A DNA stretch of 26,676 nucleotides from assembly GCA_947591565.1 (NCBI GenBank), contig CANQDH010000001.1:1-26676 (forward strand), read 5' to 3'. The notes below the pieces were generated by a model. That model searched no databases. It had not been told where the DNA came from and saw nothing but the letters and a program-made list of their open reading frames with translations. The position numbers were made by a program, and so were the translations under genes. Source of the stretch: an uncultured Bacilli bacterium. Lineage in GTDB: Bacteria; Bacillota_I; Bacilli_A; RF39; UBA660. Numbering within the stretch: position 1 is the stretch's first letter; each line of letters starts with the position of its first letter. Of the stretch, positions 6,746-18,846 are shown one piece after another.

Positions 6746-9130
6746 TTATTCTTCGTTTACTAAACTACTATCCGTAATGATATTTTTATATACATAAACA
6801 TTTTTACTAGCAATAAGTTCTTTAACAAAACTTGAATACTTACTATTTGGTGTAATAATGTATAATCGATTTTTCGTTCTAGTCATTGCAACATATAATA
6901 ATCGTCTTTCTTCTGGATAAGCAATCGTTTCTATGGAACGAGGTTTAATTAGTTTAATAATCGGTTCATCTTCTAGTTTAGATGGAAAACCATATTTACT
7001 ATCATCAGCATTAACTAAAATACAATTATCATATCCAAGACCTTTAGAAGCATGAATAGTTAAAAAAGTAAGACGAAGTTTAGGATATTTTTTATATATA
7101 ATTTGTTCATTATTCTTTTTAGCAAAATGAGAACTATTTAAAATAAAGTTTTTATCATTTCGGTACCTACTAAGAATTAATATACTTCCATTTGGATTTT
7201 CATGATATATTTTTTCAAGGATTTGTATTAAAGCATTTTCCTTAGCCTCATATGATTTATATTTTATTTTATCTTGATATCGATAAATTTCAATTGGATT
7301 ATCTATATGTTTCATGGAAATTAAATTTTTATCAATTTGATTTCGATTTTTTAAAATAAAATCATGAGCAATATCAATCAATTCTTGACTATTTCTATAA
7401 GTATTATTAATAGGTATCATTTTAGCACCTGCTAAATAGGATTTAAAATTGGTAAAAAGTTTAATATCGGAACCAGCAAATCCAAAAATAGATTGCCAGT
7501 CATCACCTACGGCAAATATTTTAGCATCAAATAAATCAGATAATTTTTTCGTTAAATTATATCTTTGGCAAGATATATCTTGATACTCATCAATAATGAT
7601 ATAATTATAATCGATTCCAAGATCAGATTCTTTGACTTTCGTTATTAACCTATATGCCTTATTAATCATATCATCAAAATCTATTTTATAATTTTTAGAT
7701 AAATAGTTTTCATAATATATATAAATATTCTTCATTATAGTTAACTGCTCTTTTAATAAATCATCTTCTACTTGATTAATGAATCTATCAAAATCTTCAA
7801 GAGTGTAATTTTGTGATTTAAATAAAGAAATAAATGGAATAGCAAGTTTATCAATAAATTCGGTAAAATAACTATCTTGTGATGTATCTTTTAGTTTATT
7901 AAAAATTTCAATATCACTTCTAGGTATTAAATGAAAGCCATGCCTGCAAAGTTGTTCTTTTAATTGTTCTAAATAAGTTTTACCATCTTTTGATTTAGAA
8001 TATGTGATAATAAAAGGTGTATCATTTACCATCCTTTGGTGATAATTAATTTTTAAATTCATATTCTTTAAATATTTTTTTAAACTTTCATCATCATACA
8101 TACTATTTTTTAATTTATCATCGACACCAAAATGTTCAATATAGCAAAAATTTTCAAGTTGTGAAATATAAAAATCAGGTTTATATTGTTTATTATTATC
8201 TAAATGTTTTTCATATGGTTTTTCATATTCATAATCAATACTATTTTTATATAAATAATTAGCGATATCAACTTCTTCACGACTTTTTAAATATTCACCA
8301 TTAATTGATTTATAATATAGTCTCCTTTTAGATGTTTGAGTTTCAATATATTTTTTTATATTAAAATGACTATCGTGCAATTTTCGATTATATTCAAAAT
8401 TATGATAATCTTCAAAATTATCAAACTTTATCCAATTATCACTAAAACGGGTCTTTTTACCAAAGGCTTTAATAAAATTATTAAATAAGACTTTATCTTT
8501 AAATAAAATATTTTTTATATAACTAGAAATAACTTTATATTTACCGGCTTCATCAATAATAGAATATTTTGTTTTGGTTGCTTCATTAATAATTTTGACA
8601 CCTAAACTATGGAAAGTATAGACATCGACGTCTTTTAACCCAAATCCATCGTGAATTCTTGATTTTATTTCATTTGCCGCTTTATTTGTAAAAGAAATAA
8701 CAACAATTTCCGTTTGCTTAACATGGCACTTATCTACTAAATATTTTACTTTAGCAGCCATGGTTGTTGTTTTACCAGATCCAGCACCTGCAACAATAAT
8801 AAGATTATCTTCTTCAGCAATAATTGATTGTCTTTGATTATTATCTAATTTAATATGTGGATCAATTTCATCAAAAAGATGATCAAAATAATCTTTATAT
8901 TCTTTGGTTTTATCATTTAGATAACGTAAATTATTATTTTTTAATAATTTCTTTTTATCTTCAAACATTCTCCTAATTTTATTTTTGTCTTCTTCTTTAG
9001 CTTGAAGATTATCAAGATTATCATAAATATTTTGATATTTATTAATAAATGTGTCATACTTTTTTAACCCTATATATTTCTTACCATCTAAAAACAAACT
9101 AAATTCATCTAATATTTTTTTAATATCCAT
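6746..9130 (-). CDS. UvrD-family SF1 helicase, DNA helicase IV (HelD)-like
   Basis: Walker A AGAGSGKT, IIIDEYQD, VGDDWQSIFGFAGS, LTIHASKGL and ERRLLYVAMTR. AAGGTGG RBS favours ATG at 9130. Confidence 0.9.
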   Translation of the reverse strand: MDIKKILDEFSLFLDGKKYIGLKKYDTFINKYQNIYDNLDNLQAKEEDKNKIRRMFEDKKKLLKNNNLRYLNDKTKEYKDYFDHLFDEIDPHIKLDNNQRQSIIAEEDNLIIVAGAGSGKTTTMAAKVKYLVDKCHVKQTEIVVISFTNKAANEIKSRIHDGFGLKDVDVYTFHSLGVKIINEATKTKYSIIDEAGKYKVISSYIKNILFKDKVLFNNFIKAFGKKTRFSDNWIKFDNFEDYHNFEYNRKLHDSHFNIKKYIETQTSKRRLYYKSINGEYLKSREEVDIANYLYKNSIDYEYEKPYEKHLDNNKQYKPDFYISQLENFCYIEHFGVDDKLKNSMYDDESLKKYLKNMNLKINYHQRMVNDTPFIITYSKSKDGKTYLEQLKEQLCRHGFHLIPRSDIEIFNKLKDTSQDSYFTEFIDKLAIPFISLFKSQNYTLEDFDRFINQVEDDLLKEQLTIMKNIYIYYENYLSKNYKIDFDDMINKAYRLITKVKESDLGIDYNYIIIDEYQDISCQRYNLTKKLSDLFDAKIFAVGDDWQSIFGFAGSDIKLFTNFKSYLAGAKMIPINNTYRNSQELIDIAHDFILKNRNQIDKNLISMKHIDNPIEIYRYQDKIKYKSYEAKENALIQILEKIYHENPNGSILILSRYRNDKNFILNSSHFAKKNNEQIIYKKYPKLRLTFLTIHASKGLGYDNCILVNADDSKYGFPSKLEDEPIIKLIKPRSIETIAYPEERRLLYVAMTRTKNRLYIITPNSKYSSFVKELIASKNVYVYKNIITDSSLVNEE

Positions 9131-9229
9131 ATATACCACCTTTAAACAAGTTAAAGACTATACTAGCTCTTTATTCTATCTTATTATAACACACTTTTTA
9201 TACATTTTAAAAGCAAGTAAGTTACTTGC

Positions 9230-10501
<1,272 letters not shown>

Positions 10502-10518
<17 letters not shown>

Positions 10519-11455
10519 TGGTTTTCTGTTTTATTTGTGCAACATTTTCTGTATTAATTTTTAAATATTGCTTTAAAAAAGATAGTTTATCTTCTTCTTT
10601 TGTATAAAGAAAATTCATTAATTCTAAAGCATCATTTAAATAAATATTTTGATAATTATCAATATACATATATTTATATTGTTTAAGTTTATAATTCATA
10701 AATTCATCATCAAAATTACTACTACAAGAATATAATAATAATTTAACAAAAAAATAAATATTATTTTGCCATACTTGTTCATTAAGTGTTCCATTTGGAC
10801 ACCTCATTTCAATTGTATCTTTTTTTTCTAACATATTATAACTATTATTAAAGCGAAAACCATTTGCTAAACGCATACTTGTCTCACTAATATCACATAT
10901 GTAATCAATTATTTCTTGAAATTCATACTCTCTACTATTTATTTCTGGCATATATTCAAAAAGGCGATAAGCTATAGGAGAAGCATATTCTAATAACGTT
11001 TTCCTAGGATAATTTTTTTCTCCATATGCAAAATGATAAATAATATGTTCATATACTATCCATATTTTAAGAAAATGGAAAATATTTTGAACTTTTTTAT
11101 CAAAAATATTTAAACCAATATGAATATGTGCACCTGCTCTATCATTTGTAAGTCCAATATTGTTTTTAATTAGAGTGCAAACTTTTTTCAGTTGTATCCA
11201 AGTTTGTTTGGTATCAGTTAAAACTGGTGATACCACTTCTCCGCCATATATTAATTCATTATGTTTAAATTCAACTGTATGATCATGTACTAAATGCCAA
11301 GATGCTAAATCACTATTATTATCAAGTTCTGTTTTTATAGCGTCAAAGGAAGCATTTTCAAATTCAATTTCCGTTCCAAAGGTTATATTTTTATCAATAT
11401 CTAACTTATATTTATATTTTGGCTTTAGATAAGCAACATCATCAATAATACCCAT
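10502..11455 (-). CDS. Putative amidoligase (Amidoligase_2 / COOH-NH2 ligase, glutamine-synthetase fold)
   Basis: TFGTEIEF, HDHTV, GGEVVSP, GAHIHIG and TIEMR motifs. Confidence 0.8.
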
Positions 11456-11513
11456 GATAATCCCCTCTTAGATTGTATATATTATCATAAAAACGATATT
11501 AGTTCAAGGTAAT

Positions 11514-11542
11514 TCATTATTTAGGTTAATTAATCATATGCT
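11514..11542 (+). promoter_or_regulatory. Possible mother-cell sigmaE-type promoter
   Basis: TCATTAT, N14, CATATGCT approximates the B. subtilis sigmaE consensus; spoVD is sigmaE-dependent in B. subtilis. Confidence 0.35.
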
Positions 11543-11559
11543 TTTACGAGGAGGATTAT

Positions 11560-13467
11560 ATGTTTGTTAAAAAAATTCACACACGTATTAAAATAATTTT
11601 GTTTGTTATTATCTTACTGTTTGTGGTTATTATATCTAAAGTTTTTTATATACAAGTTATTAATTATAACAAACTTAATAAATATGCCAATAGTTTATGG
11701 AGTAGAAACTTACCTATTGAGGCTAATCGCGGTATTATATATGACCGAAATGGTACTATTCTAGCTGATAATTTAACAACGACATCTTTGGTACTTATTC
11801 CAAACCAAATTGTCGATAAAGAAAAAACCGCACAAGAAATTAGTAATATTTTAGGGACATCTTATGAAGATATGCTTAGTCATGTAAGTAAAAAAACATC
11901 TATAGAAAGAGTCCACCCTGAAGGAAGAAGACTTGACTTTACAACATCAGATAAAATAGCCGCTTTAAATTTACCTGGTGTCTACTTAGTAAAAGAGTCA
12001 AAACGTAATTATCCTTTTGGTTCAACCTTATCACATACTTTAGGTTTTGTTGGTATCGATAATCAAGGTTTAAGTGGTTTAGAACTCATGTATAATGACT
12101 ATTTAACAGGTTCTTATGGTGCTATCAAATATTATAGTGATGCTAAGGGAACAAGACTTAATTTAGCTGAAGTATATGAGCAACCTCAAGATGGTATCAA
12201 TATGACTTTAACAATCAATTATAACTTACAAGCATCCCTTGAAAGAGAACTTGATAATGCCGTTTCTAAATATAATCCCGACCAAGCACTAGGTATCATT
12301 ATGGACCCAAATAGTGGCGAAATATTAGCTATAAGTTCAAGACCTAATTTTGATCCAAGTAAATATGAAAATTATACCGTTGAAGAAATAAATCGTAACT
12401 TACCTATTTGGATGACATACGAACCGGGTTCAACTTTTAAGATAATAACGCTTGCAACAGCCTTAGAAGAAAAAGCCGTCGATTTAGAACATGATATGTT
12501 TACGGATACAGGAGGTATTACGGTTGAGGGGGCTACTTTGCACTGCTGGAAACATGGTGGACATGGAACACAAACCTATCTTCAAGTAGTTGAAAATTCA
12601 TGTAATCCGGGCTTTGTTAATTTAGGATTAAAACTTGGAAAAGAAACACTTTTTAATTATATTGAAAAATTTGGTTTTGGTAGTAAAACTGGTGTTGATT
12701 TAAATGGTGAAGCAAGTGGCATTATCTTTGATGTAGATAAAATCGGAGATTTAGAGCTTGGAACAACGGCTTTTGGGCAAGGTGTAAGTGTAACACCTAT
12801 TCAGCAAATTACCGCTGTAAGTGCCGCTATAAATGGTGGGATTTTATATAAGCCATACATTGTTAAAAGTTTAAATGAACCAGAAACAAATACCGTTATT
12901 TTAGAAAATGATAAGCAAATTGTCCGTAAAGTTATAAGTGATGAAACAAGTGAAAAAGTAAGATACGCTCTTGAAAGTGTTGTTACCAATGGTACAGGTA
13001 GACCAGCCTTTATTGATGGATATCGTGTTGGTGGTAAGACAGGAACAGCGCAAAAGGTTAAAGATGGACACTATATGGTTGGTAATTACATCACCTCTTT
13101 TATCGGCTTTTTACCAGCTGATGATCCGCAAGTTATTGTATATGTTGCGATTGATAATGCTAAAGGTGTTACACAATATGGTGGTACAGTTGTTGCCCCT
13201 ATTGCTAGGAGTCTATTACTTGACGCTATTGCAGAACTTGGTATCGAAAAACGTGAAGGTGCAAGTGAAAAAAAATATAATTATTTAGATAAAAAATATA
13301 AAGATGTTGCAGATGTTGTAGGTTTAGACCCAAAAGAAGCGGTTAAAGTTCTAAAAGATTTTAAAGTCGAATTTTCAGGTAGTGGTAGTAAAATAAGTTA
13401 TCAATCTCCTAGTGGTGGATCGCGTATTTATGAAGGAGAAACGGTAAGACTGTTACTTAGTGATTAA
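11560..13467 (+). CDS. spoVD: Class B penicillin-binding protein, SpoVD-like, with C-terminal PASTA domain
   Basis: WSRNLPIEANRGIIYDRNG; catalytic STFK, SCN and KTG motifs. Confidence 0.85.
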   Translation: MFVKKIHTRIKIILFVIILLFVVIISKVFYIQVINYNKLNKYANSLWSRNLPIEANRGIIYDRNGTILADNLTTTSLVLIPNQIVDKEKTAQEISNILGTSYEDMLSHVSKKTSIERVHPEGRRLDFTTSDKIAALNLPGVYLVKESKRNYPFGSTLSHTLGFVGIDNQGLSGLELMYNDYLTGSYGAIKYYSDAKGTRLNLAEVYEQPQDGINMTLTINYNLQASLERELDNAVSKYNPDQALGIIMDPNSGEILAISSRPNFDPSKYENYTVEEINRNLPIWMTYEPGSTFKIITLATALEEKAVDLEHDMFTDTGGITVEGATLHCWKHGGHGTQTYLQVVENSCNPGFVNLGLKLGKETLFNYIEKFGFGSKTGVDLNGEASGIIFDVDKIGDLELGTTAFGQGVSVTPIQQITAVSAAINGGILYKPYIVKSLNEPETNTVILENDKQIVRKVISDETSEKVRYALESVVTNGTGRPAFIDGYRVGGKTGTAQKVKDGHYMVGNYITSFIGFLPADDPQVIVYVAIDNAKGVTQYGGTVVAPIARSLLLDAIAELGIEKREGASEKKYNYLDKKYKDVADVVGLDPKEAVKVLKDFKVEFSGSGSKISYQSPSGGSRIYEGETVRLLLSD

Positions 13468-13478
13468 GGAGGTAAATT

Positions 13479-14471
13479 ATGGTTCTATTTCAAAAAGCTG
13501 TACTTTCAGTAGTTGCAAGTTTTATTCTATCGATTATACTAGGTATGATTTTAATACCCATACTTCGAAAATTCAAATTAAGTCAGACCCTAAGTACCTA
13601 TTTAAATGAAACACATAAAAGTAAAAAAGGTACGCCAACAATGGGTGGATTTATCTTTATTATTCCATGTATCATAACGCTTCTTTGTCTACTCATACTT
13701 CATAAAATAAGTGTTACTTATAATTTTATCATTATCCTGTTTACTTTTCTTAGTTATGCTCTTATTGGTTTTATTGATGACTATTTAATCATTAAAAGAA
13801 ATAATAATGCTGGTTTAAGTGAAAAGGCGAAACTTGTTTTACAAATTATAGTTGCCCTTGTTTTCTTCTTTCTTTTTATGAAAGCTGGTAATGAACCATT
13901 ACTTTGGATTCACACTTTAGGTTTTAAACTTCATATTGGTTTTTTCTATGGTCTTTTTATCCTTTTTGTTTTAGTAGCAAGTTCAAATGCTGTCAATTTA
14001 ACTGATGGACTTGATGGTCTTGCTGGCGGGCTTTCCTTAATTGCCTTTTTAACATTTGGTATTATTAGTTTTAGTGCGGGCTGGCTCGATGGATATGAAG
14101 AAATAGGTTTGTTTTGCTTTATCCTTGTTGGTTCTCTTTTAGGTTTCTTAGTTTTTAATACTAATCCTGCCAAAGTTTTTATGGGCGATACAGGTTCCCT
14201 TGCTCTTGGTGCCACCTTAGGTAGTATCGCGATTATTACGAGACATGAATTACTACTAATTATGATAGGAATCGTCTTTGTTATAGAAACTGTTAGTTGT
14301 CTTATCCAAAGATTTTATTATAAACTAACAAAAAAAAGGATTTTTCCTATGACACCAATTCATCATAGTTTTGAAATATGGGGATGGCGTGAGCAAGATA
14401 TTATTAAATTATTTTGGATTATTGGCTTTTTAGGAGCCAGTATATCGATCATTTTTGGGGTTTTTGTATGA
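13479..14471 (+). CDS. mraY: Phospho-N-acetylmuramoyl-pentapeptide transferase
   Basis: KKGTPTMGG, GFIDDY, NAVNLTDGLDGL, VFMGDTGS and PIHHSFE. Confidence 0.97.
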   Translation: MVLFQKAVLSVVASFILSIILGMILIPILRKFKLSQTLSTYLNETHKSKKGTPTMGGFIFIIPCIITLLCLLILHKISVTYNFIIILFTFLSYALIGFIDDYLIIKRNNNAGLSEKAKLVLQIIVALVFFFLFMKAGNEPLLWIHTLGFKLHIGFFYGLFILFVLVASSNAVNLTDGLDGLAGGLSLIAFLTFGIISFSAGWLDGYEEIGLFCFILVGSLLGFLVFNTNPAKVFMGDTGSLALGATLGSIAIITRHELLLIMIGIVFVIETVSCLIQRFYYKLTKKRIFPMTPIHHSFEIWGWREQDIIKLFWIIGFLGASISIIFGVFV

Positions 14472-15562
14472 AGAAAAAAAAGGTTGATCTTTTATTATTT
14501 ATAGCCGTTATGATTATTTCGATTTTTGGACTTATTATGATTACATCCGCTTCTTATATTTGGGCAGAATATAAGTTTAATGATCCTTTTAAATTTACGA
14601 AAAATCAAGGTTTATTCTTTATTATTGGTACGATTTTAATGCTCGTAATTAGTAAAATTGATTATAAAATTTATTTTCAAAAAAGTAATACTATTTTAAT
14701 AGGTTGCATCATTCTTCTTATTTTAGTTTTAATACCCGGTATTGGTACGGTTCGAAACGGAAGTAGAAGTTGGTTTGGAATTGGATCTTTTGGTGTACAA
14801 CCAAGTGAATTTACGAAACTTGCTTTAATTATTTTTACAGCCAAGTATTTGCAAAACAATGAAAAGAGTTTAAAAAACATAAAAAATGGTGTCTTACCGA
14901 TTTTAGGTATCACCATTGGTATTTTTGGGCTTATTATGTTGCAGCCAGACTTTGGAACTGGTACGGTTATTGTTATGAGTATTATTGGTTTATTATTTGT
15001 TGGTGGAGTTAAATTTAGTTTTTTTATGAAAATAGCTGTCGTAGGTCTTATGGGAATTGTTGGACTTATTTTAATGGCTCCCTATAGACTTGCCCGTATT
15101 TTATCTTTTCTTGATCCATGGAAAGATCCTTTAGGAACCGGTTTTCAAATTATTCAAAGTTTATATGCGATTGGTCCTGGTGGTCTATTTGGATTTGGAT
15201 TTGGTAATTCAAGACAAAAACACTTCTATTTACCTGAACCCCAAACAGATTTTATTTTTTCGATTATTAGTGAAGAATTTGGCTTTTTAGGTGTTCTTAT
15301 TGTTACAAGTTTATTTTTAATTATTATTATTAGGGGTTTTCAAATCGCGCGTAACTGTCAAGATTTATTTGGTAAATATTTAGTCTTTGGTATTATCTTT
15401 CAGTTATCATTTCAAGCTATTTTAAATTTAATGGTTGTTGTTGGTCTTATTCCTGTTACAGGTGTTACCTTACCTTTTCTTTCTTATGGTGGATCTAGCC
15501 TACTTATTACTCTTTGTAGTATGGGAATCGTCCTAAATGTGTCCAAAGAACGAAAAAAATAA
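14468..15562 (+). CDS. spoVE: SEDS peptidoglycan polymerase, SpoVE/FtsW
   Basis: SASYIWAEYKFND, QPSEF, QPDFG, LPEPQTDFIF and LPFLSYGGSS. ATG 14468 overlaps the mraY TGA (ATGA coupling). Confidence 0.85.
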   Translation: MKKKKVDLLLFIAVMIISIFGLIMITSASYIWAEYKFNDPFKFTKNQGLFFIIGTILMLVISKIDYKIYFQKSNTILIGCIILLILVLIPGIGTVRNGSRSWFGIGSFGVQPSEFTKLALIIFTAKYLQNNEKSLKNIKNGVLPILGITIGIFGLIMLQPDFGTGTVIVMSIIGLLFVGGVKFSFFMKIAVVGLMGIVGLILMAPYRLARILSFLDPWKDPLGTGFQIIQSLYAIGPGGLFGFGFGNSRQKHFYLPEPQTDFIFSIISEEFGFLGVLIVTSLFLIIIIRGFQIARNCQDLFGKYLVFGIIFQLSFQAILNLMVVVGLIPVTGVTLPFLSYGGSSLLITLCSMGIVLNVSKERKK

Positions 15563-15564
15563 AA

Positions 15565-15912
15565 CTAGTACATAGTTTTATTTTTTGTCATTTGCTTATT
15601 ATGTTTATGAATTTTTTCTTTTAATAATTTAATCATTTTACGTTTTTCAATTAGTTCTTTATACTTATTTTGTAATGGAATATAAGGACTTGGTTCTCTA
15701 AATTTGGTACAAAGTAAGATAATTAAACCAAGTTTATTTACATCAGTTTCTTCTGATGGACAATAACACTCAATATATCTTCTTATGACTTTAATATTAA
15801 TACCTAATTCATCACTAATTTCACTTGGTTTTTTTTGTTCATAATTTTGATATAATTCATAATAATAATATGTAATTCGTGTAAATTGATTTTTATTTAT
15901 ATATGTAGACAT
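15565..15912 (-). CDS. Hypothetical protein with a possible helix-turn-helix
   Basis: 115 aa, GGGG RBS and own promoter. KPSEISDELGINIKVIRRYI is HTH-like. Confidence 0.6.
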   Translation of the reverse strand: MSTYINKNQFTRITYYYYELYQNYEQKKPSEISDELGINIKVIRRYIECYCPSEETDVNKLGLIILLCTKFREPSPYIPLQNKYKELIEKRKMIKLLKEKIHKHNKQMTKNKTMY

Positions 15913-15936
15913 ATAAATACCCCCTTTTTGATGAAT

Positions 15937-15965
15937 ATTCTATAATAAAATAAGCAATTCGTCAA
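15937..15965 (-). promoter_or_regulatory. sigmaA promoter
   Basis: TTGACG, N17, TAGAAT on the minus strand. Confidence 0.6.
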
Positions 15966-15970
15966 GTCAT

Positions 15971-16963
15971 TTATTGTGAAAGAGGAAAAGATATTTTACC
16001 ATGATGTTTATAATTTCGTATTTTGACATCTTTACAATCTTTAGAATTATCAAAATCATAGAAATGCTTAACATCAGGATTTAACCAAAATTCAGGTGCT
16101 TCAAAATCACCTAATTGTTCATACCTTTTTATCTGTTCCTTAATACCATCTATTTGATTTTCATATATATGGGCATCTTTAATACTCCAGTACATTTTAC
16201 CAACTTTTAATCCAGCCTCTCTTGCTAGCATATGTGTAAGAGTGGCATACTGCGTTATATTAAAGGGAAGTCCAAGTGGTACATCACAACTTCTTTGGTG
16301 TACCCATACATTTAAATGTTTATCTGTAACATCCCATTCGCTACTCCAAACACATGATGGTAAAACAGCTGTTTTTAAATAATCATTTTGTAATAATGAC
16401 ATAATCATTCTTCTATCAGTAGGATTATTTTTTAAACTATATATTAAATTATCTATTAACTTCATTTTTTTGACAATATAACCATAAGCTGTTCCGATGG
16501 TATAAGCGTATTCTAAGCCAAAATATTTGGCCTCTTTGATTTCCATATCGTTATAAAGACCCTTTGCCATCATAACTTGTCCACTATTATCATATAATAA
16601 TGCATTATTTACATCATATACCAAAACACTTTTATCTACATCGAGATGTTCTTTTTTATCATTTATATAAGTACGATAAATACCATCATCATCAACCATC
16701 CATTTATCCCATATATGAACACCTCGTTGTTGAAGCCATCTTACATCATTAGATTGTTCTTGATATATCCATAACATTTCTAAAATAGCTTGTCTAATAA
16801 AAACTTGTTTCGTTGTTAGAATAGGAAATTCTTTTTCTAAATCAAATGTCAAAGTATAGGCTGGTATTTTAATAGTATCAATACCTGTTCTATTTTCTGC
16901 TTTATAGCCATCCTTTAATATTCTTTTACAAAGTTCTAAATAATCTTTATCAAATTTACTCAT
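15971..16963 (-). CDS. thyA: Thymidylate synthase (B. subtilis ThyA-like) with ~60-aa insertion
   Basis: NRTGIDT, EMLWIY, GVHIWD, LPSC, QRSCDVPLGLPFN and DAHIY. Confidence 0.95.
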   Translation of the reverse strand: MSKFDKDYLELCKRILKDGYKAENRTGIDTIKIPAYTLTFDLEKEFPILTTKQVFIRQAILEMLWIYQEQSNDVRWLQQRGVHIWDKWMVDDDGIYRTYINDKKEHLDVDKSVLVYDVNNALLYDNSGQVMMAKGLYNDMEIKEAKYFGLEYAYTIGTAYGYIVKKMKLIDNLIYSLKNNPTDRRMIMSLLQNDYLKTAVLPSCVWSSEWDVTDKHLNVWVHQRSCDVPLGLPFNITQYATLTHMLAREAGLKVGKMYWSIKDAHIYENQIDGIKEQIKRYEQLGDFEAPEFWLNPDVKHFYDFDNSKDCKDVKIRNYKHHGKISFPLSQ

Positions 16964-16972
16964 CTACATCAC

Positions 16973-18772
16973 CTAATTACTATCTACTTTTAAAACACTT
17001 AAAAATGCTTCTTGTGGTACTTCGACACTACCAACCATTTTCATTCTCTTTTTACCTTCTTTTTGTTTTTCAAGAAGTTTTCTTTTTCTAGATACATCTC
17101 CGCCATAACATTTGGCAAGTACATCTTTACGCATGGCTTTAATCGTTTCTCTTGCAATAACTTTATTTCCAATACATGCTTGAATAGGTACTTCAAAAAG
17201 TTGTCTTGGGATAAGTTTTTGAAGGGCTTCAACAATGCCCTTTCCTCTCTTATAAGCAAAATCTTTATGTACAATCATACTTAAAGCATCGACAACTTCG
17301 CCATTTAAGAGAATATCCATTTTAACTAAATCACTTTCTTTATACCCTATCATTTCATAATCAAAAGAAGCATAACCTTTTGTAACACTTTTTAAACGGT
17401 CAAAAAAATCATAAACAATTTCCGAAAGAGGTATTTCATAATGCATATTGACTCTTAATTCATCAATATATTCCATCGAAATATAACTTCCTCTTTTATC
17501 TTGACAAAGTTCCATAATAGGACCAATATACGTACTTGGTACAAAAATATTTGTTCGAATATATGGTTCTTTTATTTTATCTATTTTTTGTCTTTCTGGC
17601 ATTTTAACTGGACTATCAATCATGATTGTACTTCTATCTGTTAGCATTACTTCGTAGACAACGGATGGTGATGTTGCAATAAGTTCGATATTAAATTCAC
17701 GTTCAATTCTCTCTTCGATAATTTCCATATGTAATAGTCCTAAAAAACCACAGCGAAAGCCAAAACCTAAAGCCTTTGATGTTTCAGGTTCAAAGGAAAG
17801 GGAGGCATCATTTAATTTTAATTTTTCTAACGCTTCTCTTAAATCGGGAAATTTAGATGATTCAATCGGATATAATCCGCAAAAAACCATAGGTTTCATT
17901 GGTTTATAGCCTGGTAAAGCGTTCTTAGCAGGCTTATTTACATGCGTAATAGTATCACCTACTTTAACGTCTTTGATGTCTTTGATACTAGCAGCAATAA
18001 AACCAACTTCACCAGCAAATAAACCATTTTCTTTTTTCTCTTTAGGTGTATGTACACCTACTTCTACAACATCGTATGTAGCATTACTTTCCATCATCAT
18101 AATTTTATCGCCTACTTTAATAGAACCATTAACAACTCTAACTAAAGCGACAACACCCCTATAGGAATCAAAATAACTATCAAAAATTAAGGCTTGAAGA
18201 GGCTCATCACAACTTCCTTTAGGAGATGGAATCCTTTCGATAATAGCTTCCATTAAATCCTCAATACCAAGACCATTTTTCGCACTCGTAAAAATAAATT
18301 CCTTTTCATCAAAACCTAAAGTATCTATTAATTCTTTTTTAACTTTTTCAGGATTAGCATTTGGAAGATCTATTTTATTAATAACCGGTATAATCGTTAA
18401 ATTATTATCTAAAGCCTGGTATAAATTCGCAAGTGTTTGGGCTTCGATACCTTGGGCAGCATCGACAACTAAAAGCGCTCCTTCACATGCGGCTAAACTT
18501 CTACTTACCTCATAAGTAAAATCAACATGTCCTGGTGTATCAATTAAATGTAATAAATAATCTTCATTATGATATTTATAGTGTAGTTGTACGGCATTTA
18601 ATTTAATAGTTATACCACGCTCACGTTCAATATCCATATTATCAAGTAGCTGAGCTTGTTTTTCCCTCGATGTAACAGCACCAGTTATATCGAGAATACA
18701 ATCAGCAAGGGTACTTTTACCATGATCAATATGGGCAATTATGGAAAAATTTCGTATATTTTCTTGTTTCAT
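16973..18772 (-). CDS. lepA: Translation elongation factor 4
   Basis: [38 protein letters not shown] and [14 protein letters not shown]. Confidence 0.98.
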   Translation of the reverse strand: MKQENIRNFSIIAHIDHGKSTLADCILDITGAVTSREKQAQLLDNMDIERERGITIKLNAVQLHYKYHNEDYLLHLIDTPGHVDFTYEVSRSLAACEGALLVVDAAQGIEAQTLANLYQALDNNLTIIPVINKIDLPNANPEKVKKELIDTLGFDEKEFIFTSAKNGLGIEDLMEAIIERIPSPKGSCDEPLQALIFDSYFDSYRGVVALVRVVNGSIKVGDKIMMMESNATYDVVEVGVHTPKEKKENGLFAGEVGFIAASIKDIKDVKVGDTITHVNKPAKNALPGYKPMKPMVFCGLYPIESSKFPDLREALEKLKLNDASLSFEPETSKALGFGFRCGFLGLLHMEIIEERIEREFNIELIATSPSVVYEVMLTDRSTIMIDSPVKMPERQKIDKIKEPYIRTNIFVPSTYIGPIMELCQDKRGSYISMEYIDELRVNMHYEIPLSEIVYDFFDRLKSVTKGYASFDYEMIGYKESDLVKMDILLNGEVVDALSMIVHKDFAYKRGKGIVEALQKLIPRQLFEVPIQACIGNKVIARETIKAMRKDVLAKCYGGDVSRKRKLLEKQKEGKKRMKMVGSVEVPQEAFLSVLKVDSN

Positions 18773-18800
18773 AAGTCCTCCATACTAATTATTATAACAG

Positions 18801-18830
18801 AAAAAAGCACTCATGAGAATGCTTTTTATT
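18801..18830 (-). terminator. Probable terminator of the pilin gene, overlapping an extended -10 (TGtTATAAT) for lepA
   Basis: AAAAAGCA...TGCTTTTT inverted repeat with flanking A/T runs. Confidence 0.55.
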
Positions 18831-18846
18831 ATTATTTTTTTAACTA

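Noticed and set aside
16502-16681. thyA insert as an intein or group I intron
   Set aside because: The frame is open, there is no N-terminal C/S or C-terminal HN, and it is too short for a homing endonuclease.
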